A DNA stretch of 64,000 bases. Source: Octopus vulgaris (lineage: Eukaryota). Positions 14,035 to 30,134 of this stretch are shown one piece after another. The stretch is from NCBI GenBank assembly GCA_951406725.2, contig OX597825.1, positions 9,486,001 to 9,550,000 on the forward strand. The letters are read 5' to 3'. Made by a program: the position numbers and the translations under genes. Every line of letters starts with the position of its first letter. The stretch's first letter is position 1. Below the pieces are notes generated by a model. It was given only the letters and a program-made list of their open reading frames with translations, was not told where the DNA came from and made no database searches.

Positions 14035-14280
14035 GGTGTACCGGTGCACAGCTGGTGCTGGATCATATATGTATTTTTTTAATTATTTATAAAATAATTT
14101 ATGTGAGAGTATGATATGGAAAACTCAGCCATTAACAGCTGTTACCATTGCACAGAATCGATTCTTATTTTGTAAATTATTACACACAAACACACCTCCC
14201 ACGCCATCCCCGCACTCGCACACTTACACATATACGCGCACATATGCAGATATATATGTGTATGCCTATATACTTATGTG

Positions 14281-14322
<42 letters not shown>

Positions 14323-14329
14323 TATATAT

Positions 14330-14371
<42 letters not shown>

Positions 14372-14408
14372 TGATATCGGTTCTAAAATTGCGAATAAGC
14401 CACCGTTA

Positions 14409-14494
<86 letters not shown>

Positions 14495-14710
14495 CGTTTC
14501 TGTGTGCATGTATCTGTGTGTGTTTGTGTTTCTACCGTTATATTAGTGTGTATACAATCATATATACTATACATATGTATATGTATACATACGCATATTT
14601 ACATACACGCACACATACACGCACACATACACACAATATTTATATATACAGTGTACCGTTGGCGATTTTTATTCTCCGTCTTCCCTTCTCTGGATCTTTC
14701 CTTTTCCTAT

Positions 14711-14745
14711 GTTTCCGACGAAGAGCTCCGCTCGAAACGTTAAAC
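14711..14745 (+). ncRNA. Minimal hammerhead motif (U4C core) in family E repeat (14652-14848)
   Basis: GUUU-CCGACGA-A-GAGC(UCC)GCUC-GAAA-CG-UU-AAAC. Stems I and II are perfect and stem III is the palindrome ACGU. The element ends ggattaact followed by (TA)n. Confidence 0.65.
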
Positions 14746-14855
14746 CCTCCTTCTTCCCTTCCTTCCTGAGCGTCCAATAATACTATATTTGTTCCACGTC
14801 CTCGCGTTGTTGTGTTTTCTCTTTGTGTTTTCATGTTTGGATTAACTAAATATAT

Positions 14856-14905
<50 letters not shown>

Positions 14906-14906
14906 G

Positions 14907-14960
<54 letters not shown>

Positions 14961-15004
14961 CAATATAGTGGCAAAAAAATTTGGTATACCAGCGGCCTAT
15001 GGGA

Positions 15005-15035
<31 letters not shown>

Positions 15036-15045
15036 CTAGTGGGTG

Positions 15046-15087
<42 letters not shown>

Positions 15088-15093
15088 TATATA

Positions 15094-15437
15094 AGACGGG
15101 AAGTAAGAAATGATAACACCTCTTTATTAATGTCACACTGCCTTCTGCGCTCTGCGCTCGTGTGCTTATAGATGGAAGCATTGTGGTTACGTGATCGAAG
15201 TTTGGGTCTGATTGCCCCAATTTAGGATCATTGCTCTTTGACCTTCTCTGCTTCGCATTGCTAGTGTCGTGGCCATGCTTACACTGTAAAGCCAGAAGGG
15301 AAAATGGCTAGATCAGACTCAAACTTCGGTCACATGACCAAAATAGTACCAGTTATAAGCACGCATGCACATAACGCTGTGTGACAATAATAAGATATGG
15401 GACGACGAATGACCGGATAACTTTTTACTTTTTTTCG
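15094..15437. mobile_element. MITE with long imperfect inverted repeats, Tc1/mariner-type
   Basis: 15184-15212 matches the reverse complement of 15312-15340 at 25/29. Further paired blocks (atgtcacac/gtgtgacaat, gtgcttata/tataagcac) extend outward, and both ends abut TA. Confidence 0.7.
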
Positions 15438-15507
15438 TATATATATATATGCATATACATGTTGATGGTTTTCGTAACGGTGATGGTGGTGTTGGTGGTT
15501 TTGACAA

Positions 15508-15720
15508 TAAAGAAGAAGAAGAAGAAGAAGAAGAAGAAGAAGAAGAAGAAGAAGAAGGACGAGGTGGAGGAGGAGGATGAAGAAGAAGAAGAAGAAGAAG
15601 GAGGAGGAGGAGAAGAAGAAGAAGAAAAAGAAGGAGAAGAACAAGAACAAGAACAAGAAGAAGAAGAAGAAGAAGAAGAAGAAGAAGAAGAAGAAGAAGA
15701 AGAAGAAGAAGAAGAAGAAG

Positions 15721-15761
<41 letters not shown>

Positions 15762-15762
15762 A
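15508..15762. repeat. (AAG)n/(AAC)n compound microsatellite
   Basis: Seen directly. Confidence 0.97.
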
Positions 15763-15927
15763 TGATGTAACACAGCGCTGAAGGTACTCGGAATTAAACG
15801 TGCTCTGGAAAATGTGGAAAATAGGGAAATATTAAAATGACGAGACTCGTATCTAACTTGAATATTAACATACATTTGCTTAAGGAGGGCACAAAAATTA
15901 CACTTCCAATAAACATTAGGAGGATAA

Positions 15928-15974
<47 letters not shown>

Positions 15975-16219
15975 CGTGCACGCATATATGAAGCGGAATT
16001 GAAGCGAGAAGCAGTGAAGTGTATAAATAAAAATTTGTTACTATTTCAGATATGCTTGCGGCATATCCGAACCAGGAAGAAAGCTATTCGCTGTATTTTG
16101 GCATGAAGAATCTTTCTCGCTTACATAGTTGTATTTATGTATGTTTGTATGTATGTAGGTTGGTAGGTAGGTAGGTAGGTAGGTAGGTAGGTAGGTAGGT
16201 AGGTGTCTTGGTCCATTAG

Positions 16220-16950
16220 TTTCGTGTCTCTAAAATAATTGAAGCCTTCTCAAACTTTAAGTTGATCTCGGAAGCTAGAGATCCGCCCATGGTTTTAGAT
16301 CTACAATGAAACACAAAAGAACCAATTTCATCAGCTGTAGTTTCTTGGTCAAATATATTTGGCGCAAGAGTAAACTCGACCTTAGATTTTTGCGGTCTTG
16401 TAAGTTCAAAAACAGGAAAAGTCACTGGATGAGAGATTTGTTATCTTTTGTGTGTCTCGTACATAAAGAGACACAAGGTCACAATCTTTCGCACATAGCA
16501 GATCACGAACAGTCATTATAAATATCTTTGATTTAGCTTTGAAATAATTCAGATTAAAGAGTGTACTTGTTATGTGATGGCGGACAGCTACGTCTAGATT
16601 ACAGTTCTTAAATTCGTGAGCAATTATTACTGCAAAGTATAGGGAGAATACATTTTGTGCAGGCATACACACCCGTTTAAAACTATTGTCCACTAAAATC
16701 GGATTCGACAGGGCTCTAATCGAGTTGAAGGAGGCCTTCTTATTAATGTGTTGCCGCTTATACATATCAGCAAACTTGATTAGAGCCCTGTTGATCGAGA
16801 GTAATCTCCACACGGTATTTCTACTCACTTTGTCAAAAGGTTTTCGGTACCTCAACGAAAACTTGGTAAAGCGAAATTCCTCGCTATAAACCCTTCTTCC
16901 ACAGCTGGCACTTAAAAGTAACATGTGGTGAGTCTACCTGATATAAATCA
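16220..16950 (-). mobile_element. RTE-clade (BovB-like) LINE RT fragment, degraded
   Basis: ORF 16406-16924 reads KPFDKVSRNTVWRLL...FKRVCMPAQNVFSLYF...VRHHITSTLFNLNYFKAKSK...RDLLCAKDCDLV. This matches RTE KAFDTVSR..LW, GVKQGC.LAPTLFS.F, RYRTDGKLFNL.R..AKTK and DLLFADDC. Confidence 0.8.
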
Positions 16951-18852
16951 CTTTGAGTGAGACTCTGGGACATTGATAGAGAATTTGGATGTCTGCAGAT
17001 GATTCAATAAAAGTGCCTTACGACCAGGTGAAATTAAGGAAATACCATGAACTTGATATATTTTCTCTTGTCCACTAAAATTCCCATAGCATTTTTCTGT
17101 TGTGTGAAACTGGTGAGCAATTACATGCATTGACAATTTCTGTCGTCATTAGATCTCCTACATCAATATACCATGCTTAATAATCTTACCTGATGTACTT
17201 CTAATGCTTGATGTTTTTCCTAGGTTGGTCTGTGGATTTTATCTGTTTGGCTGCCAGCGTCAATTTTCTGTTCGAATTTCATATTCAGTGTAATGATACA
17301 CTTTTATAGGCTAATTAATGACAAGAAATTAATTTTCGCTGTAAATCAATAAATAGTTATTAGTAATTAAAGTTTGAAACTTTTGGTAATTTTAGCGAAC
17401 TCTTTTGCCAATTGCCATAGTAGAAGACTTTGAAAAGTATTTTATCTGCGAAGAATCACGCGTTGACAAATTTGAGGCCGTGTTCTGTGTTCTGTGTGAT
17501 TATGGCAGCAAGCTTCGGGAACTTTGCTTCTGTTATGGAAAAATTGAAAACAGGAGGATATTGTGTCGTACCTTCAAGAAAGGGTGTTATACCCGAAGGA
17601 AAATTATGTAAAAGGAGGCATGTTATGAGTACGAAGACGTGGTGGGAACATGTACTGGCGATGATCCCTGATTAAATATTTGCTTTTAAGCATATTTTAA
17701 ATTGTAATTAAATATATTTAAATTGTAATGTGTTTATTGCACGTAACGTGTTGTTCATCGCATTTGCATTAAATGTATATTAAATGCTTAAATGCTTCTT
17801 TACTCGTTTCTTTTTGCCATTGAGCATTGAGGTGGTTGTGAGATGTGCTAAAAATAACAGCTAAATAAGATTTTTTTGGATAAATCTTTTAAATGAAAAT
17901 AAACATTTATTTACATGAAAGAAAATTACCGGAGGCATAACACGTGTTGCTTAAAATATTAACATCACGTGCTATTTTAAGGACGTTGACGACAAAATGT
18001 GCGGCCACGCACAAAATGACAGCTTCCAAATCCTGTTTCCTGACTGGGTGGAAATGATCGAAATTTAAACCTCTATAACTTTTTAAAAACATTTTTCTGG
18101 AAAACATGAAATAACCCCAGCAATTTAGTTTGGGCAAGTGCATTATTGGGCTAAATTCGGTAACCTTTAATCGTCGTTCGAAAGGAGAGGAATACTATTA
18201 GATTGGCGAGGACGAAGTGTTTATTCTTAAAAGCTGTACATTGTTTTGGTTTCCGGTTGAGTATTTGTTCATACAGTCAATCACCAGACATCTTTCATTA
18301 TCTTCTGCTTACTCTACAGACTTGATTTGTAGCACTTTCAGTTAATCTGAAATTGCGAATTTCTACTTGAAACACATATACTTGCGAGTTATTTTCACCA
18401 AAACAATCTTAATGTTTGCGTGCCATGAAGCTCAAAATATTAGCAGGAGTGGCAAACACGTTTTATTTTGAGCTTAGCTATGGAATATCAGGTGATAAGT
18501 CTGCTAATATTTCATGAACAAGAGGAGATATTACTGGATATCAACGATTCTCAACATCTAGTCTTTGAAACCAGATTCAACTTTGCTCGTAACTGGTAGA
18601 AATCTAAGACGTAGCCCCTAGCAAAACGTTAGCATTGGTGAGGTCACGGATATACACACAAATATACAGATATATATGCAGGGTGTGGGTGCGTGTATGC
18701 ATGAATGGATGTGTAATATATAATCTGTGTGTACGTAAAAGAATTTAGTTAATGCATAATCACACACACATACACGCGTACACAAAAAAAACATTACACA
18801 CAAGCGAACATGCATATATATAAATACCTAAATACATACGTGCATATATATT

Positions 18853-18882
<30 letters not shown>

Positions 18883-18889
<7 letters not shown>

Positions 18890-19030
18890 TAAATAGCTTG
18901 CTTAACAACCACATGTTTCTGGGTTTAGTCCCACTGCGTGACACCTTGGGTAAGTGTCTTCTACTATAGCCTCAGACCGACCAATGTCTTGTGAGTGTAT
19001 TTCGTAGAAGTAAACTAAAAGTGCACGTCG

Positions 19031-19092
<62 letters not shown>

Positions 19093-19305
19093 TGTATCTG
19101 TGCCCCAACATCGCTTGACAACCGACGGTGGTGTGTTTAGGTCTCTGTAACTTAGCGGTTCGGCAAAAGAGACCGATAAAATAAGTACTAGGCTTGCAAA
19201 GAATAAGTGCTGGGGGTTGATTTGCTCGACTAAAGGCGGTGCTCCAGCATGGCCGCAGGCAAATGAGTGAAACCAGTAAAAGAGTAAAAGGGTGAAGAGT
19301 AAGAG
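18883..19305 (+). mobile_element. tRNA-derived SINE family A
   Basis: Collinear with 50290-50709, with an internal (TA)n(TG)n tract. Confidence 0.92.
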
Positions 19306-19337
<32 letters not shown>

Positions 19338-19464
19338 CATATATACATATATTTATATGTATACATATGTATGTATGTGTATATGTATACATACACGGAT
19401 ATAATGTATATATGTGTGTGTATGTACATACCTATATGTAGGCATTCCTGTATAATTTATATAG

Positions 19465-19640
19465 TTTTTTATATACTTTTTGATAACCCCCATTACCTCA
19501 TCTTCCCATTCCCCAACCCATATATCCAGCTTCTGTTATCTATTCTCTTTCTTACTGGTATCACATTGGCAGCTTCTCTCCACTTTATAAAATTTAAATA
19601 TATCTTCAAACTATACAATTTCATGCCACGCCCCTCTCCT
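19465..19640 (+). repeat. Unclassified dispersed repeat (second copy of 9460-9645)
   Basis: By-eye alignment to 9460-9645. Also followed by (CT)n. Confidence 0.65.
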
Positions 19641-19712
19641 TGCCCGCCAGTATTTCTGAATGCTACCTATATTCTGTCTCTCGCTGTCTCTTCTTCACTC
19701 TCTCTCTCACTC

Positions 19713-19818
<106 letters not shown>

Positions 19819-19919
19819 TCTGTAAAACTATACTTCTATACTTTTTCTTATTTTCTCATTTTATCCCTGTTTGTGTTTTCCTACCGTTCAATTTCAAATT
19901 AATATATTAAATATTATTA

Positions 19920-20132
19920 ACGTGGTGAGCTGAAAGAATTGTGAGCACGCCGACTAAAATGCTTTGCACCATTTTCGCCCATCTTTAGGTTCTGATTTCA
20001 AATTCCACCCAAGTCGATTTTACGTATCGTTGTTTAGGGATCGATAAAATAAGTACCAGTTGATTACTGAGGTCGATATATTCGATTTATCACCTCCGAA
20101 ATTGCTGGTCTTGTGCCAAAATTGGAAACCAG
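19920..20132 (+). mobile_element. tRNA-derived SINE family B, diverged
   Basis: tcaaattccacccaagtcgatttt...gatcgataaaataagtaccagt matches the family B body. Confidence 0.8.
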
Positions 20133-20811
20133 TATTACAAACCAGTGAAACAGTCTCTACGTAAATGCTCGTCCTGCTAGAAACAGCAACTATATTCCTC
20201 TCAAAAAAGGGAATGGAGTCATAGATATGTAATATACATCTATGACGTAGCAGTCAGAGATATAATATGTACTGAATTTGCACTAGGTTCACCTTGAACA
20301 CAGCACCATCGTGTCCTTTTTTCAATTTTTACGTTCCTAAAAGGTTTACTGTCAGAAACTTTTTATCCATATCTATGTTTTTATTCAGAAATATCGCAAA
20401 ATACTGCTTTATATGAGCGGGTTCATAAAGCAGCGTATAGGAGGTAGCTTAATGTGTTAAAAATAGCAATCATTTGTCTTCAAATCATAATCTAATATCT
20501 AATAATAAACCAAAAAGTTTCGATAAGCACAAGTTTATATTATTTATTCGTAAGCACATTAGTTCTCTGTGGCATAATGCAATAAACTACTCCCTGATGA
20601 TTCGTTATGGATAAGCATCCATTACATTTAGAACATCCGGTACAAACTTCAAAACAAGTAGAATAGGGAATTTACGTGGGGATAAATAATATAGAATTAT
20701 GTTTATCGTAATATCTCCCACATCCACTCTGTATATCATGCCTAGTAATGCTACTGAGTATTGCACTTGCTTATCCACTATACTGGAAACAGACTGGACA
20801 GTTACAATGTA

Positions 20812-21300
20812 CATGGAGCATTCCAGACGTTTTGAAACCTTCTCACAAGAAACATTTATTAATTTCAAAGAAGTGCAAATCTCTAATTCACCTTCAAAAT
20901 CGAATCTTTTGACTTCAATCCCCTTGTGCGTCCCAACCAATACGTGAAGGCCACATGGAAGATCTTTAAGATGAAGGTCTCCAGGATCCTTGTCAGAGCC
21001 GCCTTCATCTTCTCAATGCCTTCAAAAGATTGCTCTTGGGGTTATTTGAGAACAGCCGAAAGTTACAGGGTGCAAGGTTTCTGTAGGGAGAGGGGCAGTT
21101 TTTTTTTTCTCTTTTTGTATGCCCACCTTTATCAAGTAGATCGTTAGGATGGAATTTTGAACTGGTGCATTGTCCTGGGTCCGGTGTTACCGACCCAAAT
21201 GGAAGAGTTCTCACCTTTTGAGGCGAAATCTCTACCTGAAGTTGCTTAATACCTCCACAAAATAATTTTTGTTGATCGTCTTGCCAGAAGGGACCCGGGG
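20812..21300 (-). mobile_element. mariner (DD34D-type) transposon 3' portion
   Basis: Across frames: VPSGKTINKNYFVEVLSNFR, QDNAPVQNSIL, SPYRNLAPCNFRLF (PYSPDLAPCDF), FEGIEKMKAALTRIL, GIEVKRFDFEGE. Ends at a TA near 20810. Confidence 0.8.
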
Positions 21301-21354
21301 CATCACCTTCAAGAATTTTAGCAGAATGAATCGAACCCAGCACTTAATTTTTTT

Positions 21355-21658
21355 AAGCCTGATACTTGTCGAACCACTAGGGTGTGGGCACGGAAACACA
21401 ACACTGGTTGTCAAGCGGTAGCAGGGGTAAAAAATACAGACACACACACACACACACACACAAACACATACACACACGCACACAAACGCACACACATATA
21501 CATGCACACACGATGCGCTTCTATCAACATCCGTTCACGAGACCCACTCACAAGTTTTTGGTTGCTCTGAGGACATAGTAGAAGTCATTTACCCATGGTG
21601 GCACGCGTTGAGACTGAACCCGGAACCGTGTGGTTGGAAAGTAAACTTCTTACCACAC
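21355..21658 (-). mobile_element. tRNA-derived SINE family A, diverged
   Basis: Reverse complement of the family A head and body with an internal (CA)n tract. Confidence 0.8.
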
Positions 21659-21749
21659 ACACACGCACACACACACACACACATACACACACATACACAC
21701 ACACACACACACAACCAATCGTATAAAGTTCATATGTGTGTGAATGTAT

Positions 21750-21883
<134 letters not shown>

Positions 21884-22694
21884 TGGGATCCGTAAGATAA
21901 AATCAGAAAAGAGTAGTAGTAGTAGCAGCTTCTGAAACAGGGAAGCGAGAGGAAGGAAAAATAAAAATATGGTGGTGGCGGTGGTAGTGGTGGTGTTGTT
22001 TGTTTGCATTTTATAGCATGATGGATCTGAGGATTTGATTTTCTCATGTTTCTTCCAATTAAATCATTTCTTCCCCACCAAGTCTACTAATTATTTTATG
22101 ATGTATAATATCAATTACAATTATTTCAAAGAATTTTTCTTATTAAATTTCGAAACTCAGATATAACAGCCTTCTCAACTGAACGAAGAACATAATGTTT
22201 ATATCATTATTTTGACATATACGTAAGATAAACTGTACACATATGTATATGAAAGGTAGAACGTACACAGAAAATACAGAGTTGTGTATACACACTAACA
22301 CTCACTTGTAAATATACAACTATATTCATACAGAAGAATTTGCTGAAGTTTACGTAACACGCCGTAGAGCATATGAATGCATTAATTTCATCCAAAAAAG
22401 TACTTTTAGCTTTGATCTAAAATATTTTTGGAGTCATGAACCCCGAGAGAGAACGCAAGTCTGACAGCTTAAGGATCACGATTTACACTTAGCTGGTTCT
22501 CATTCAATTTCGACGCTGTTAGATTCACTCATGCTCTCTCAACCAGATAGTTTCTACATCAGTCAAAAGCCAGACTAAAACATCTTATATAGAAGATATT
22601 TTCCTATGCTTTATGCGTGTTTTATACTTTTTCCATGACGAATCCACATCAGCACATGATACTTTGAGTATCGATTTATACATTTGTGATATTC

Positions 22695-22782
<88 letters not shown>

Positions 22783-22843
22783 TATGTATGTATGTATGTA
22801 TCTAAACCTACTTAGAAATATATATAAATGTATATATATATTC

Positions 22844-22844
<1 letters not shown>

Positions 22845-22924
<80 letters not shown>

Positions 22925-22931
22925 ATCACTA

Positions 22932-22983
<52 letters not shown>

Positions 22984-23062
22984 CATTATTATCATTTTTT
23001 TTAATTATTATTACTATTATTATTATTATTACTATTATTATTATTATTATTATCATTATCAT
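22845..23062. repeat. (TAA)n microsatellite
   Basis: Seen directly. Confidence 0.97.
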
Positions 23063-23076
23063 ATATCATATATGTG

Positions 23077-23192
23077 CCGTGAAGGCGCATGGTTCAGTGG
23101 TTATAGCGTCTAACTTACGATCGCGAAGTTGTGAGTTCGAATCCCGGACCGGGCTGCGTGTTGTGTTCTTGAGCAAAACACTTTATTTCCTG
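23077..23192 (+). mobile_element. tRNA-derived SINE family D head and core
   Basis: A-box TGGTTCAGTGG and B-box GAGTTCGAATCC, then gttgtgttcttgagcaaaacactttatttc. Confidence 0.8.
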
Positions 23193-23799
23193 TTGTGCGT
23201 GTGCACGTGTGCGCGGTGCGCGCGTGTGTGTATTATATTAACTTTCGATTTACTGGCAACAAGGACCCTCTTTAGGGCTTTTGTAGTTTTTTTTTCTTTT
23301 TAAGGTTCAGACGGTAACATTGATATCCGTAGGAGACACCGTTCTTCACTCGTTTATTACCGTTCTTCTTCTAACTCGTGTCCATTGGAGTCTTTTAATG
23401 TATAGAGCCTCTCAGCAGAGTTTGTTACTGTAACAATGATATCCGTAGGAGACAGCTTCAGTGTTCCAATGAATGCCGCAGCTGCAAGATAGATCGGAAA
23501 ATCTGTAACTGCTCTTGCCAAGCTTTAAGCAACATGGAAACTAGACAAATGGTGATTTTTTTACAGATGCTTGAGTTACTTCAACTGTCTTTGTTTGTGA
23601 TTCTTAAAAGTTTTCCTCTTCATTTGCATTGGGCAGGAAATAAGTGAGGCCGAAAAAACACCAACACATCAAAAGTTATTTCCATGAATGCTTGTGTAAG
23701 ACATGTGTCACATTCTAAAATGTTTGGAGTGGTTAGCCAGAAGGAAAACAGAAAATGGTACCCAGAGATAATAAGCACCATTGTTTTTTTTTCAAGTAA

Positions 23800-24136
23800 T
23801 GGGTAAGGTAAAGACTGCCTGTGCTCATGAATGACATATGAGATTGCTCCTAGGAAGTTACCCCACGAAGCACAAGTCCGTGCAAGTTGTTGTTTATGGA
23901 AGACCAGTTGTCGGTCATGCATACCAGCCTCCCCCCTCTACGCACCACTGACGTTGTCTAAGAGAAAGGCAAAGGCTGATACAGCTTGATACCAGTGTCG
24001 TCGCAACTCATTTCTACAGCTGAGAGAACTGGAGCAACGTGAAATAAAGTGACTTGCTCAAGAACACAACACACAGACTGGTCCTGGAATTGAACTCACT
24101 ACCTCATGATTGTGAGCCCGACGCTCTAACCACTGT
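23800..24136 (-). mobile_element. tRNA-derived SINE family D with a distinct tail
   Basis: Core gtgttgtgttcttgagcaagtcactttatttcacgttgctccag is shared with 23077, 4300 and 49750. Confidence 0.75.
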
Positions 24137-26156
24137 TCTATTCTTGTTTCAACTGAAAATGATCTATATACACATGTGAAAACACTTACGTATTTAAACA
24201 CACACACACACATGCAAACATACTCACATTCAAACATACACTCGAGTACGCGCACACATACACTCTCAAACACACACATACATGAATATATACACATACA
24301 CACTGACCCTTAGATGACTTGTGACACTCCTGGGCACGTCCTCTCCTTCCATCCGATAAAGTCACCGACCAGCAAAACATACAACTTGCTGTGCGTTACA
24401 CTTTACCAAAAATACTCACGAACGGCTTGATATAACAACGACGATTAATATACACACATAGATGAACATTATGATTATAAAATATTTCACTGATGTGGTC
24501 TAATAAGACCAAAACGTGAAGTTTTAACCACACTGCTAACGATCAGACTCCCTTGATACTACATTCCATATTTAATTAATTTTATTTAATTAATACTTCA
24601 GGTTATCTCTCTTGCCTTTCTTTAACGAGAATTAGTCATTTAGATAAGGTCTGTTTTCACCGATAAAGATGTAACTTTAATTAAAATCTCTTTGTTTATT
24701 ATATCAATTATGCTAGCCACCCAACTTACTATAAACGATTAGACGCAATCAGCGGTTGCTGCTGGTACATACAAGTATGAGTGGGCTTCCTAACAATCCT
24801 TAATAATGAGACAGTCATTTATCAACTTAGTGTTCGTTTGACTAAAGGTGAAATCAATATCAAGAAAGAAAATAAATCGATAGAATTCGAAGAAACAGTC
24901 GTGTGTTGTCTTAAGTATTAAACAAAGTTTAGTTTTGCCATTAAAGTCCCACCAAAGCTAGTTCAGTTTCATTTGTGCAGGTCTATAAAACAGTAATATA
25001 TTAGTCCTATTTCATAGAATATCATTCCCCTTATAAGAATTACTCTCCGATTAGTTTATCACGTAAACCATGTGATAAACTCACAGCTACCATGAGATAC
25101 CGAAGCGGTTTTATTCACAAGTTCAAATCATTTCACTTTACTTACAATACTTAACGACCACAGTGAGATACCAAAATATCACGGTGTGTGTTTCACCTTC
25201 AATAAAATATCGGAACTATACGACTAATCAGCGAAAAACCAATATCATGCAGACTTTGTTTTATTGATCTTAAACAGTGTATTTAAAGGAAACGTTATTA
25301 TTCGTCATTAATTGAAACCAGATTTGTTCTGTTTTGATGAAGATAAATGGCAGAATTCTTTAATGAATTACCAAAACTGATGTATGAAATGTAACAAAAA
25401 GTTAATCGCATTCCGAATCTTATTAATCCACAGAGTTCAAGTTTACCTCCGGTTTACGTATCTGTATACAGAGATAGAAGATAACTCACGCTGTTGATAG
25501 GAGCCTGATATTTCACAGGTCAAGCAGCTTTGAAATTATCGCCAGCAGCCATCAAAAATATTCATTAATAACCCAGAGATGTTGCTGTCTAATTGACCAC
25601 CCGCTGTATTTATTGTCGAGTGTAGCATCCGCTCTATCTTAATCTGTTCTACCACCAGCTGAATATATTTATTGCTAGGCCGGCTCAGCTATTCAAAATT
25701 GTGTTGGTCACGGACATAATGTAAATGTCAGTTAGAAGTTATGAAGCGATGACCTACCAATAAATTATCGGGTAGGCCTGTCGACCCGTACATCGGCGTA
25801 CTGGGAAGTTTACGAAGAGGCCTGTTTTAAAATTCAAATGTGATTTTTATTTAATTCAATAATATGGAAACAGGATGACAAATTACCATTTATGAATATG
25901 CTATTAGTGAAAGCCATTCAGATAATATACAGAGTCCCCAAGGTGCATTTTTGAAATGCTAAGTAAGTGGATCCAACTTTGTTCAATTAAATACGAGCTG
26001 AACATCGTCGACAAGCCGCTCCATAGAATACAAGACAACGATATTGCTACATTGTAATAGAGTTCACTTGGAATGTTTATTTGTAGACCTGCTTTAATTT
26101 AGTGACGTATTTCTTAGGGGAATATGTTATATACATACATACATATGTATACTTAC

Positions 26157-26223
<67 letters not shown>

Positions 26224-26264
26224 ATATATATATAGATATAGATATATGCATGTATACCTATATA

Positions 26265-26814
26265 CTTGAATGCATGCATACATAAATACATGCATACGTA
26301 AATGCATACGTACTTAAATTCATACAAGCATGCATACATAAATACATATTTACATACATAAATACAAACATACATACATAAATACATACATACATACATA
26401 TATACATACATACATACAAACATACATATATACATACATACATACAAACATACATACATGCATACATAAATACAAACATATATAAATACATACATTCATA
26501 CATACATACATGCATACGTACATACACACACACATACATACATGCATACGTACATACACACATACATACATACATACGCACATACATACACACATACATA
26601 TATACATACATACATACACTCATGCATACATACATATACATACATACATGCATACATACACACACATACATACATACATACATACATACATACATACATA
26701 CATACATACATACATACATACATACATACATACATACATACATACATACATACATACATACATACATACATACATACATACATACATACATACATACATA
26801 CATACATACATACA

Positions 26815-26848
<34 letters not shown>

Positions 26849-27050
26849 CATACATACATACATACATGCATACATACATACATACATACATACATACATA
26901 CATACATACATACATACATACATACATACATACATACATACATACATACATACATACATACATACATGCATACATACACACACATACATACATACATACA
27001 TACATACATACATACATACATACATACATACATGCAAACATGCAAATGCA
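26265..27050. repeat. (CATA)n tetranucleotide array, ~0.8 kb
   Basis: Seen directly. Source of the spurious MYVC/HTYI ORFs. Confidence 0.98.
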
Positions 27051-27179
27051 TGCCAAGGACCAATCAATTGCGTTTATACTTCCATTTGAATGTGTTGACT
27101 TTTCCTTTGTGGAATATAATTATTCGGAAATGAATATTCCTTGCTGAACCCTTTGATACTGTTTCTCGTGTTCTTGGGG

Positions 27180-28470
<1,291 letters not shown>

Positions 28471-28699
28471 AGTTGATAACTCCAAAGAATATAAGCAATG
28501 GTGCTAATAACTCATCAAAGAACAGAACAAAACAAATATGGCATTAATGTGGATGGGGAGTAGGGAGAGTCAATGTGTGCGTGTGTGTGTGTATGTGCGT
28601 GTGCCTGTGTGTGTTTCTGAACGTGCATATATATGTGTGCATGTGTATGTGTGCGCAGTTGTATGTATGTACAAGTGTGTATGTGTGTATGTATGTATG

Positions 28700-28730
<31 letters not shown>

Positions 28731-29081
28731 GTATGTATGTATGTATGTACAAGTGTGTATGTGGGTGGGAAGGTGTAGGTGGGTGGAAGTAAGGAGTTAT
28801 TTGTATTGGGCTGAATATATCTAATGAATAATTAAATTCTTTTCTTTCAAGAAACGGAAACTAATCTGAATATCAGATTACAAAATATTTTACATATTTA
28901 TTAACAAATAACGTTCTCTGCTGTTTCTGGTCATTTTTTTTTCTTTCCTATAATTTTTTCCTTATCCAATATGCATAATTCTCTGTGAGCACATATATGT
29001 ATGCATGCATATGTATACATATATATATATATATATATACGCACATATATATATGTATATATACACACACATACACACACG

Positions 29082-29149
<68 letters not shown>

Positions 29150-29172
29150 CACATATATTTATATATATATAT

Positions 29173-29203
<31 letters not shown>

Positions 29204-29252
29204 CATACGTGTGTGTATGTGTGTGTATATATACATATATATATATTATATA

Positions 29253-29317
<65 letters not shown>

Positions 29318-30134
29318 ATGTATATGTATATGCATGTATGTATGCTTGTATGTATATATATATATGTATGTATCTATGCATCTACCTATGTATATACATA
29401 CATACATATATATATACATACATATGTATACAAATATACAAATAAGTATATGCATATATATATATATATATATACGCACATATATATATGTATATATACA
29501 CACACATACACACTCGCTCGTATATGTAACATTTTATGCATACGCACAAACATATATTGCCATGAATATATATGTAGCCATTTGTATGTATATGCAAATA
29601 TATACACGAAAGTGTGCGTGCGCGCGTATATATTATATATGTGTACAAAACATAAATATGCGAAAGAGAAACAGAAAATAACCATTAAAAAAAAAGCTTG
29701 CTATTAAAATGCAACGATAAAAGAATATTCCGGTTGTATAGTTCCACCATTGTGAATTACAAAAAAACAACAATGGACGAATCTATTTTCGCTTGTTAGA
29801 TATTTTGCATATCAATTTAATACAAAAGTTGATGGAATAGGGATGCATACTTTAATAGGTTTTAAATTTTTATTATTTCTGCCTCTCTCAGGGAATGAAC
29901 CACACATTTACAATAGGTCGGCATTTCCCCACCACATCAGCTGGCCCTCTCAGGGTCTGTATCCTTGAACCGGAAACTCCTCGAGGCAGAAGTCGTAGTT
30001 TTGACCCTGGAGAGAATTGAGCGTTGCATTACTCGTGTGTGAGGTCGAGTTAATTTAAGACCTGTTTAATCACAAGTCAAACTTTCTTAACTCAAATTCC
30101 TAATTTCGGTCAGTTGACCCAATGATAAAATCTC

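Noticed and set aside
23314-23454. Repeat-spacer-repeat resembling CRISPR
   Set aside because: Only two repeats, a 91-bp spacer, eukaryotic context and no cas genes.
29950-30050. GC-richer stretch with AG/GT ends as a candidate host exon
   Set aside because: All three plus-strand frames contain a stop and no protein similarity is recognisable.
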